Source: an uncultured Gammaproteobacteria bacterium (lineage in GTDB: Bacteria > Patescibacteriota > Patescibacteriia > SBBC01 > CAIJZX01). From it: a stretch of 64,000 nt of DNA. The position numbers and the translations under genes were made by a program. The notes under the pieces are model-generated. The model saw only the letters and a program-made list of their open reading frames with translations, searched no databases and was not told the DNA's origin. The stretch is from positions 116,012 through 180,011 of the forward strand of contig CAYNGY010000002.1 of the NCBI GenBank assembly GCA_964397195.1, written 5' to 3'. Shown here piece after piece: positions 48,927-58,100 of this stretch (positions are counted from its first letter, which is position 1; every line of letters starts with the position of its first letter).

Positions 48927-51900
48927 TTATTTGGCAAGCGGCGTGACCGGCGGGGTGAGCGTGATTTCCGGTTCGACGAATATCTTCAAGACATGTTTTA
49001 GTTCCTGCAGCCAGCCCTGACCGAGCGCGTCGCGGTCAATCTTGATGAATTCGGGAGTGAAGTCCCAAGCCTGATTTCGGGCGAGGAGTGTCCCGATTTG
49101 CTCGGGGGTAATCATCCGCGCGAATGAGATAACGATCTTTTCTTTTCGGACGCCGTCGATGGTCATGTTCGATTGTTGGATTGAGGTGACGGCAGTTTGT
49201 TGGGCGAGAATCTTTAACGCTACGGCCTCGAACAGGTTTTTCAACGGGGCGGGGAGCTCGCGCGTTCCAAATTCATCAGTGCGGAAGTGTTGGAGATCCT
49301 CTTCGGTTTCCACCGCCGCAATGCGCTGGTATAAGCGTAACCGTTTCGGTTCGCTCGGCATAAATTCTTTCGGGATGGCAATCTCCATCGGCAAGTCGAT
49401 CAAGATATCTCGCGTTTGCCGGGCCGGTCGGCCGGTGCGTAATTCTTCGACTGCTTGGGCCAACAGCCGGGCGTAGAGGTTCAAGCCGATGGCCGTGACA
49501 TGTCCATGCTGTTTTTTTCCTAGAATACTGCCGGTGCCGCGAATTTCTAGGTCACGCATGGCGAGTTGGAACCCGCTGCCGAGCTCTTTGGCCTCGAGCA
49601 GGGCCTGCATGCGCTTCTCTGGCTTGCCGGCAACCTTTTCCGATCGGTAGAGGAAATAGGCGTAGGCCTGTCGATCACCGCGACCAACCCGACCACGTAA
49701 TTGATACAGCTGGGCGAGACCGAACTTGGTGGCGTAGTCCACAATCATGGTGTTGACGTTCGGTAAGTCGAGACCATTTTCGATAATGGTTGAAGTTAAC
49801 AGGATATCGAGATGTTGATTGTCGAACTTTTCCATGACATCAACGAGGCGCCGTTCGTCCATTTGTCCGTGGGCGATGCCGATGGATACCTTCGGCAGGA
49901 GTTTCTGGAGGTAATTGCGCTCAATCTCCATTGATTCGACATCGTTGTAGACATAGTAGATTTGCCCTTTTCGGGCGAGCTCGCGTTCGATAACTTCAAC
50001 GATCAGCTCATCACTATAGGGCATGATATTTGTTTCGATCGGACGTCGTCCCTCGGGGGCGGTCTCGATGACGCTAATATCCCGCATGCCGGAGAGCGCG
50101 ATATTCAGCGTGCGCGGGATCGGCGTGGCGGTTAAGGTCAGGACATGCGCTTCCGTTCGCAATTCTTTCAGTTTTTCTTTGTGGCGGACGCCGAAGCGTT
50201 GTTCTTCATCGATAATAATGAGCCCGAGTTTCTTGAATCGGATGTCAGTGGAGAGCAATCGGTGCGTGCCGATGACGATATCAATCGTACCAGCGGCGAC
50301 CTGGGCGAGCGTGGCGGCCTGTTCCTCGTCATCTTCAAATCGGGAGAGCACGCCGATGCGCATTTTCAGGTGCTTCAGGCGATTTTTGAATGTGTCGTAG
50401 TGTTGTTGGGTGAGGATGGTCGTTGGTGATAAGACGGCCACTTGGACGCCGTTGACGGCAGCGCGGAAAGCGGCGCGAATAGCGACTTCTGTTTTTCCGA
50501 AACCCACGTCGCCGCAAATCAAGCGATCGGCGGGAATATCGCGCTCTAAATCGGCCATCGTTTCTTGGAGCGTTCGTTCCTGATCGGAGGTGAGTTCGTA
50601 GGGGAAGGACTGAGCGAGCGCTTCTTCTTGTTCCGGGGCTGGCAGGAGCACTGGCGCCTGAGCTAATTCGCGGCGAGCGTAGAGCTCGAGGAGCTCCTTG
50701 GCCGCCTGACTAGCATCTTCACGAATCTTCTTGGTGACCGCCGCCCAGTTTGACCCAGAGAGGCGGTGGAGTTTTGGATGCGGACTTCCGACGTAGCGCG
50801 TAATCTTATCGGCCGTTTCAACCGGGACGTACAATTTATCACCGCCAGAATATTCGACCACGAAGTATTCTTTCGTGTGTCCATTGACATGCTGGAGTCG
50901 CATGCCCATGAATTTTCCGATGCCATGGTCAAGGTGAACAACAAAGTCGCCTTCTTCAAGATCACCGATGAAGACGTCTTCAACGCGACGGCGATTTGCT
51001 TTCCCGCGTTCGTTCTTCCCGAAGAGTTCGTCATCACCAAAGAACGCATATTTTTCGGTGGGCGCGATGAAGCCATTCGTTGGGCCGGCCGATTCGAGGA
51101 AGGTGAGGTGCTTCAATGAGAACTTTTGTCGTTGGAGCTGCCCTTCGAGTTCTTCCCGACGGGTGGTGTGGATGGCGATGGTGTAGTGGTCAGCGGCCAG
51201 TTTGGAAAAGTCCTTGGCAATGAGCGGCCACTGGGCATGGTAGAAGGCGGCCGCGCGCCAGTCTATTTTCACACTCTGGGTTTCGGAAGCAAATGGCTCG
51301 TAAATGAGTTGCTTGTACTGCTTGATTGCGTCTCGGCCGCGCGGTAGCGAGTCGAGGAGTGACGAACGTGGGGCTACGATCAGCGTTCGCATCGGCTGGA
51401 GATAGGCGAGGAGGCTAATGCGCGGGTCAAGGTGGCTCATGACTACCGGCGGAATGTTTATAGCCCCCGATTTCACCTTCGCTGGAAGCTGTTCGATCGC
51501 ACGAAGGGTTACCCCATCAACACTCAGCCGGGTGGGGCCATCAGTATCTGGAATCCAGACGTCGACTACTTCACCGCGCTGGTGAAAGTACCCCGGCGCA
51601 TCGGCGGCGGGTTGTGCGCTGTACCCACGGAGAACAAGTTGTTCAGCAATCTTTTGCGGCGTCATTGGGCCGCCGACTTCGAGTTGGAAGAATTGTTGTG
51701 CAAGTTCGTTCGGATGGGGGAGCGATTCGGCAAACGCTGTCTGTTGTGCCACTAAAATAATTGGGTCGTGTTGCAAGAGCCGCTCGAGCAATCCGGCGCC
51801 CATGCCCGGAACCATTTCAATTCGTCGATGGTCTTCGTTGCTTTGCCATGTGTTCAGGCAGGCAGCGACGAGCTCCTGTTCGCGCTCCGATCCAACCACA

Positions 51901-52067
51901 TAGACGATCTGCCAAGCCCGCGGGAGTTCCGGGAGGAGTCGTGACATCGCAAAAGCTTCGGCGGTGGGATGGGGCACGCCGACAAGCCGGCCAGTGCCGG
52001 TCTCTGTTAAACGATTGGTCAACTGCCGAAATGGGCCGTTGACCTGATGGTCACGGGATGCGGACAC
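48927..52067 (-). CDS. mfd: transcription-repair coupling factor Mfd
   Basis: VHLDHGIG; CGDVGFGKTEVA; DEEQRFGV; QLRGRVGR; start uncertain (GTG 52067 chosen, downstream of a TATACT). Confidence 0.93.
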   Translation of the reverse strand: MSASRDHQVNGPFRQLTNRLTETGTGRLVGVPHPTAEAFAMSRLLPELPRAWQIVYVVGSEREQELVAACLNTWQSNEDHRRIEMVPGMGAGLLERLLQHDPIILVAQQTAFAESLPHPNELAQQFFQLEVGGPMTPQKIAEQLVLRGYSAQPAADAPGYFHQRGEVVDVWIPDTDGPTRLSVDGVTLRAIEQLPAKVKSGAINIPPVVMSHLDPRISLLAYLQPMRTLIVAPRSSLLDSLPRGRDAIKQYKQLIYEPFASETQSVKIDWRAAAFYHAQWPLIAKDFSKLAADHYTIAIHTTRREELEGQLQRQKFSLKHLTFLESAGPTNGFIAPTEKYAFFGDDELFGKNERGKANRRRVEDVFIGDLEEGDFVVHLDHGIGKFMGMRLQHVNGHTKEYFVVEYSGGDKLYVPVETADKITRYVGSPHPKLHRLSGSNWAAVTKKIREDASQAAKELLELYARRELAQAPVLLPAPEQEEALAQSFPYELTSDQERTLQETMADLERDIPADRLICGDVGFGKTEVAIRAAFRAAVNGVQVAVLSPTTILTQQHYDTFKNRLKHLKMRIGVLSRFEDDEEQAATLAQVAAGTIDIVIGTHRLLSTDIRFKKLGLIIIDEEQRFGVRHKEKLKELRTEAHVLTLTATPIPRTLNIALSGMRDISVIETAPEGRRPIETNIMPYSDELIVEVIERELARKGQIYYVYNDVESMEIERNYLQKLLPKVSIGIAHGQMDERRLVDVMEKFDNQHLDILLTSTIIENGLDLPNVNTMIVDYATKFGLAQLYQLRGRVGRGDRQAYAYFLYRSEKVAGKPEKRMQALLEAKELGSGFQLAMRDLEIRGTGSILGKKQHGHVTAIGLNLYARLLAQAVEELRTGRPARQTRDILIDLPMEIAIPKEFMPSEPKRLRLYQRIAAVETEEDLQHFRTDEFGTRELPAPLKNLFEAVALKILAQQTAVTSIQQSNMTIDGVRKEKIVISFARMITPEQIGTLLARNQAWDFTPEFIKIDRDALGQGWLQELKHVLKIFVEPEITLTPPVTPLAK

Positions 52068-52129
52068 AAGAAATCCGTTGCGGAAACTGAGGGTAGTATA
52101 GCGCATCTTGGAAAAGAGCGCAAGGTCTA

Positions 52130-52158
52130 TTGACATGGCCGATTTCCCGTGCTAGTCT
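52130..52158 (+). promoter_or_regulatory. sigma70-type promoter
   Basis: TTGACA-17-TAGTCT with TG extension. Confidence 0.7.
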
Positions 52159-52164
52159 CCGTCG

Positions 52165-52640
52165 AGTGCTCTTTCCGTGCTGGTGCTGTGTCTTCTACTT
52201 ACAACGGCTACTCGGTTACCCCTCCTATTACCGATTGGCGTTGATCAACGGGCCTCGTGTCTATTGATCCTTGTAAGTAGGAGACACGGCAATATCCAGC
52301 TCGGGGTGAAATACGGGGCGCATGGCGAGCCTCATCGGACCCAGTTCGACTCTCATGGGCGTTGAGGGATGCAAACCCGGAATAGCGCTCGTGTCGTCGT
52401 TTTCCTCGACACGAAACGCCGCGGATCGCGTTCCGCGCACACCCCTTCGTACCGGTCGGTGCGCTCGATACTCACAGCCCATCTGGGTGCGGCCCCCAGT
52501 GGGTCACGTGACGTCGACCACCGACCGGCTTTCTTTTTCTGTCGTCGGCGAGCGCGGCTGTCTCCAGCTGAAAAGAGTTAAGACTCGTGCGACGACGACG
52601 GAGCGCGTGGCTCGATAAAGGTCGGCCATTGCCTCCACCA
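52165..52640 (+). ncRNA. candidate structured non-coding RNA (unassigned; tRNA/tmRNA-like 3' end)
   Basis: promoter before and terminator after; long helices with G-U pairs; ends GCCTCCACCA; no convincing ORF. Confidence 0.5.
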
Positions 52641-52641
52641 A

Positions 52642-52673
52642 GGGCCCCGGACGTTCGGGGCCCCGTATTTTTT
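52642..52673 (+). terminator. intrinsic terminator
   Basis: GGGCCCCG...CGGGGCCC stem then TATTTTTT. Confidence 0.7.
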
Positions 52674-52695
52674 CGGTGATGGACGGTCCGACGAT

Positions 52696-53223
52696 TTATT
52701 CCTTTTTCAGCGTCAGTTCGAGGAGGGAAGCGGTCTTTTGAATCGCGTCCTGTATGATTGGTATTTCCGATGCCGAGAACGGTTGGAGGACGTACGTTTC
52801 GGCCGGGAGCTGGACGTCGTGGTTGTTCCCGATCCCGATTCGGATCCGGCGGAACGCCTGAGTCCCTAGGGCGTCGATGATTGATTGGATACCTTGATGA
52901 CCACCGGCTGACCGGTCGAATTGCTCACGGACTTCGCCGAGAGGAAAATCAAGGTCGTCGTGGACAACGATTATTTGGTGACCGTCAGTATCAAGCAGGT
53001 GTCGGTAGGCGAGCCACGCTCGTACTGCCGGACCAGACTCGTTCATAAATAACCACGGCTCAACCAGCAGATGACCTTTATATGTCGCGACCGAAACGTT
53101 TTTTTCTTTTTTCCACTTCTCGCAACTCAGATCGTGGGCCAGACGATTCAAGACCATAAACCCAATATTATGTCGTGTGCCCTCGTATGATTTACCAGGA
53201 TTCCCGAGGCCAATAATGATCAT
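52696..53223 (-). CDS. pth: peptidyl-tRNA hydrolase
   Basis: GLGNPG..Y..TRHNIGF; FMNESG; HDDLD; AGGHQG; RIRIGIG. Confidence 0.95.
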   Translation of the reverse strand: MIIIGLGNPGKSYEGTRHNIGFMVLNRLAHDLSCEKWKKEKNVSVATYKGHLLVEPWLFMNESGPAVRAWLAYRHLLDTDGHQIIVVHDDLDFPLGEVREQFDRSAGGHQGIQSIIDALGTQAFRRIRIGIGNNHDVQLPAETYVLQPFSASEIPIIQDAIQKTASLLELTLKKE

Positions 53224-54914
53224 GGCGTCGTATTGGTATTGATGGTGGAGTCGGTCGCAGTGTTGGTTGTGGTCGTGTTGGTATTAACCGGCGCGTTCAC
53301 GTTGGCCGGTGCATTCACATTACTGTTGGATGTAGTGTTCGTGTTTTTGTTGGTAGTCTTCGAATTTGTATTTTTACTGGTGTTCGTGTTTTTGGATGTA
53401 TTCGTATTTGTACTGCGTGGGGTGACCGTAAAGATCGATTTTGCTGGATTTGGTTGGTCAAGTCCGAGAATGAGGATGATTTTCGGGAGAACGGTTTTCG
53501 AGTTGGTCGTTGCGGGTTCGAGGAACTGCATGATTGAGGTATCACCAGTGGCTTCGGCAAAAACGCTCGGTGAAACAACACGATCGGTGTGTGCATAGGC
53601 TTTGAGAATGGCGATGGTGTTCGGATTTGCGCCGGCGGTCGTATCGATAATGATGGATTTTCCAATCGTGGTGGTCCCGGTTTTAATCGGGAGTGTGTCG
53701 ACGCCGAAGCCGGTAAGCCCCTGATCAAAAGCGGTCGCAACGGCACTGCGTTTCGAGCGATTGAGAATTAAAACCGGAGCGGCTTCTTTCTTGGTCCCCG
53801 CCGCTTCGAAAATGTGGTTGGCGAGGAATTTAACATCCTCGTACGTTCCGGAACGAGGAATAAGAATGTAGGCGCCGCCGCTGCCCGTGGCGGATCGCAA
53901 GAGATTACCGGTTGAGTCATCGAGGACCCAATTAATCATGCCCGGCGCGTCGGCATCCTTGACGATGTTGGCGAGGCGAACCATTTCCCAGACCTCCATA
54001 TTGGTTTGGCTGTGCGTCCCGAGGGCCTGAATGAGGTCGGTAATCTTCACGGGATTAATGAGCGTGCCGATGGATAGTGCCTTCTCACGGATGGCGAGGA
54101 GAATCTTCTGTTGTCTGGCGGCACGGGCAAAATCGGACCCCTCGCCGTTATTCCCATGCCGGGAGCGAGCGAACTTGAGGGCCATATCGCCGTTCATTGT
54201 CTGCGTTCCGGTCTTGAAGCGGAGGGTTTGATAGCCGTAGTTTTCTGTCGGGTAGGAGATATCGGTGAAGGCACGATCGACGGTGACGGTGATGCCGCCA
54301 AGGCGATCGATGATGTCAACAAAGCCATTGAAATCAACGCGGGCGTAATACTGGATCGGAATATTCAACGTGTCGCTCACAACTTTGACGGCAAGGGCTT
54401 CGCCACCACCCGGAAACTTCTGGTCGCGTCCGATGGAGAGGACGCTGTTGATTTTGCGGTAATCGTAGCCGGGAATATTTACTACCAAATCTCGTGGGAT
54501 AGAAAGCATTGCGACTTTTTTGGTGGCGGTCTCATAACTCAGGACAATCATGGTGTCGGTGAGGTACGGGCCGTCGTGTCCGGGTCCGCCGATGCCCATC
54601 AAAAGGACATTGACGCGGCCATCGGCCTCACCCTGAAGTTTCTTGTCTCCCGCCGTGACCAAGCGGGTAATTTGTTGGATCAGTCCAACGCGGCTGTTCG
54701 AATTATCGAGTTTTTGGGTATTGACCGCGGCGATGGCGCGAATGAAAACATACCCAGCCACACCGGCAATGACCAGCAGGACGGTCAGGGAGATCAGGAG
54801 TGGCCGTCGCCAACGACGAACAGGCCGCGCCGGTCGGACAATTTCAGGACGGATGGGGGTAGTTGATTCAACCGGAGTCGGTGAAACCGGCGTATGAGGG
54901 AGTTGCTTGGCCAT
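53220..54914 (-). CDS. LCP (LytR-CpsA-Psr) family protein with LytR_C-like domain and NTN tail
   Basis: NVLLMG...TDTM...SIPRDL; KIN; FARSRH...SDFARAARQQ. Confidence 0.93.
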   Translation of the reverse strand: MAKQLPHTPVSPTPVESTTPIRPEIVRPARPVRRWRRPLLISLTVLLVIAGVAGYVFIRAIAAVNTQKLDNSNSRVGLIQQITRLVTAGDKKLQGEADGRVNVLLMGIGGPGHDGPYLTDTMIVLSYETATKKVAMLSIPRDLVVNIPGYDYRKINSVLSIGRDQKFPGGGEALAVKVVSDTLNIPIQYYARVDFNGFVDIIDRLGGITVTVDRAFTDISYPTENYGYQTLRFKTGTQTMNGDMALKFARSRHGNNGEGSDFARAARQQKILLAIREKALSIGTLINPVKITDLIQALGTHSQTNMEVWEMVRLANIVKDADAPGMINWVLDDSTGNLLRSATGSGGAYILIPRSGTYEDVKFLANHIFEAAGTKKEAAPVLILNRSKRSAVATAFDQGLTGFGVDTLPIKTGTTTIGKSIIIDTTAGANPNTIAILKAYAHTDRVVSPSVFAEATGDTSIMQFLEPATTNSKTVLPKIILILGLDQPNPAKSIFTVTPRSTNTNTSKNTNTSKNTNSKTTNKNTNTTSNSNVNAPANVNAPVNTNTTTTNTATDSTINTNTTP

Positions 54915-55073
54915 TTCTTCCTAGGCAGTATATCCGACGAATGCGTTCGTCGCAATTCAGGAAGGCCATTTTGTGTCCGTCATGGCCGGGAGCAACTTTT
55001 TCTCGGTGTTGGGGTTGGTAAGTGGGGCCAAAAACAGGCCGAACCTTAGCGAAAAACCCGTGACTGACCAATT

Positions 55074-55102
55074 TTGACTTTTCGTATCATTTTCAGTACA
55101 AT
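55074..55102 (+). promoter_or_regulatory. sigma70-type promoter for the giant gene
   Basis: TTGACT-17-TACAAT, 16 nt before ATG 55119. Confidence 0.65.
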
Positions 55103-55118
55103 ATTTTTATCTAATCCG

Positions 55119-58100
55119 ATGCTAAAAGCAAAAAGAATACTGTTGAAATACGACTTTCGATTCCCTGGTCACGAATTGGTCAGGAATTTTTCGTTTTTGG
55201 GGTATTTCGGAACAAAAAAGCGTGACCTTTCGAAGTATCCGAAGTTGTTGACGATTAGCCAGACAGCTAGGATTCTGAATGTGCACCCAAATACGCTCCG
55301 ACTTTGGGATGACCAGGGTCGTTTACGAGCGGTTCGGTTGGGAACACGGCGAGATCGGCGATATGAACAGGCGGCGGTGGCGACGATGTTGGCGAGCCGA
55401 CCGGAATCTCACCTCAGTCTCGTTCGGCGGCGGTGGGCGGAGCGTGTTTTACATCATCGTCTCCTGGTGCAACGTGCGGCGTACGTCACGGCAGCGATTC
55501 TTCTTTTTGCTTGGGGCGGAGCAAGCTTGCAGTCTGCGCTGGCTGATCAGCCGCAGCCGGTGACCGTCCTGATGGCGCCGCAGACCTGCCAGGGATGGTC
55601 AAATGCGCGTGGTGCAATCGGAATTGACGTTGGAGAAGGTAGCGCGCTCGAGAGCTTCACGAGCCGAAATTCGGCGATCTATGATGCGCAGCGATATCAA
55701 GTACGTTCCAACGATGGGGCAGTCGCGACCGGCTCGCTTGATGGTGCGGGTGGTGACATCACTTGTACCCACTTCTCATCGGCCGATCTACCGGCCGGCG
55801 CAACGATTACCTCGGCGTCCGTTCTCGTATCGATGGCGAGTCGTCTTGATGGGAATACGAGCGCTAGTTTTTCTCTCCAAACGAGTGAGGATGGTGCCCA
55901 TTGGACGACCGTTCAGGTCTTACCGGTTTCAGCTGAGGGTGACCGTCGGCAGATCGTAGCGTTGCCGAAGGTTGACGGGAAGACGGTGGCCAACATGGCC
56001 GTGCGCATTGTCCCCGATATTGAGCTAGGGGCGGCCGCGTTTACCACTTGGCTGGATGCTGTCCAGCTCCAGGTGACGGCGACACCACTGGCGAGCTCAA
56101 CGCCGCGGCAGGACGCAAAAGCGCGTCAGGAGCTCAATAAATTAGTGTCTTTTTCCAAGGAAATCTACAAGACTGATGAACATCCGGTGGTCCGAATTCC
56201 GAAATCACACCCGCGGAAATTCATGTTTATCACTACCGGCCAAACGACATGGGGTTTAGTTGATGTCCAATTGGCTGATAGTAGTCAGCGGACATATCCG
56301 GTTGACTATCATGAGCGGGACATTCAAGACGGAACGACGGTCGATACTGACCTGTTGATCAACCCGAAAGACCTGCACCCGGGGAAGTATAAAATCAAGG
56401 TGACGATGCGCAGTTCGGATGGCGGATCGTCGATGGTGGAGAAGGACTTTTTCTGGGGAGTGGTGGCCTTAAACTTTGATCGGGCGGCACCTCAGCAAAA
56501 CGATCGGGAGCGAGTCGGGATGGGTATTCTTGATGATACTGGGCGAACAATTTGTGATGCCGAGGTGACGGTTCAGGTTCGCGATCCGCGCGGCCATACG
56601 ACGACCTATCGGACCAGCAAACGGTCTATCACCAAGAACCCGAATTGTATTGATAAAGGGATTACCAATGAACCGGACTACCACTTTGATTTCACCGTTC
56701 GCCTGGCCGGAACATACCATGTGACACTCCGGGCGAAGACGGACGTTGGTGAGCGGGTCTATGAAGACAATCTTTTTGTGACGAAAGCGTTGCCGTTTGA
56801 TGTTGAACGGAGCGATTACCCGACGCGGATTAACCCGTATGCGGCGTACCCGGTGCGGATCGCCGTGACACCGAGTCGTGACTACGCCGGACCGGTCTAC
56901 GAACGCGTCCCGGCCGACTTTAAGATTTTGAATCTCCAGCCGGAGGCGAAGATTCAGGATGATCCGGCACACCCGGGGATGAAGCGCATCTATTGGCAGG
57001 TCGAATGGAAACGAAACACGACCTACTACCTGTCGTATCGGTTTGTTGCGCCTCCGATTTCGCCGGCGCTCTTCATGACCGGACCGCTTTCGATCGGCGG
57101 GAATGATTTACTCGGCGCTGATTTTATTGAGCCACGACAATGGCAAATCGCTTCCGACTCGATCAGTTCTATTTCTTGGGACGGAAGTGCGAGCAACTTG
57201 TGGTCAAATCCGGCTAACTGGTCGACCAACGTGATTCCGCAAGCAGGTGATAATCTTGTTTTTCCGGCGGGCGCGGCTAACTATTCGAATCAAAACGATC
57301 TGGGTGAAAACTATTGGTTTAACTCCATTACGTTTTACGATTCTGGGTACACACTGAGCGGGAATACGATCATCATGGGCCAGGGGCAAACCACAAACGC
57401 GGTTATTCTGCCTGGTATAACCGATGCCGTCTCAAGTGGCGGAAATACCATTTCTCTGCCCATCCGTCTCGATGCGACGCGTCTCATTACCGTAACGAAT
57501 AGTAGCGAAACGTTAACGATCAGTGGTGCAATTACCGGCGTTGGCGGTCTCTCAAAAGAGGGATTAGGTGATCTCGTTCTGTCCGGGGGAAATACGTATG
57601 GTGGTGTGACGAAGGTGAATGGCGGCGTCTTGAGCGCACGAAACAATACCGCTCTGGGAACGATTGCGCTCGGAACCGAAGTTGTTGGCGAGGCCGCGCT
57701 TGAACTAGAGGGGACGATTGCGATCGGACGTGAGGCGTTGACCTTGCGATCATACGGTCAATCGAATGGTGGCGCGCTTCGAAACGTCCAGAACAACAAT
57801 AGTTTTGACGGACTCATCACGATTGCCGGGACAACCGAGATTGCCTCTGATTCTGGCACGCTGACCCTTAATGGCGGTGTGACCGGAACGTTCAACCTCA
57901 ACCTCGATGGTAGTGGGAATATTTCCTTTGCCAAGGCGCCGATTGCCATTTCGACCGGGCTGCTAACAAAAAACGGCGGCGGGACGACGACCTTCAACTT
58001 TCCGAATACGTATACCGGCGTCACGACCGTCAATGCCGGGACGTTGCTCTACGGGTGCGATAATGCGATTCTGTCCGGTAACATTGTAGTTAATGGCGGG

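Noticed and set aside
52177-52629. Short ORFs between mfd and pth (including a 41-aa minus ORF with GGAGG before ATG 52629)
   Set aside because: Products look non-protein-like; promoter, terminator polarity and G-U-containing helices favour a plus-strand RNA, though coding is not formally excluded
52302-52640. Firm call as ssrA (tmRNA), RNase P or SRP RNA
   Set aside because: Lacks the GGGGG 5' end, canonical T loop and tag peptide; no GAGGAAAGUCC or SRP loop motif seen
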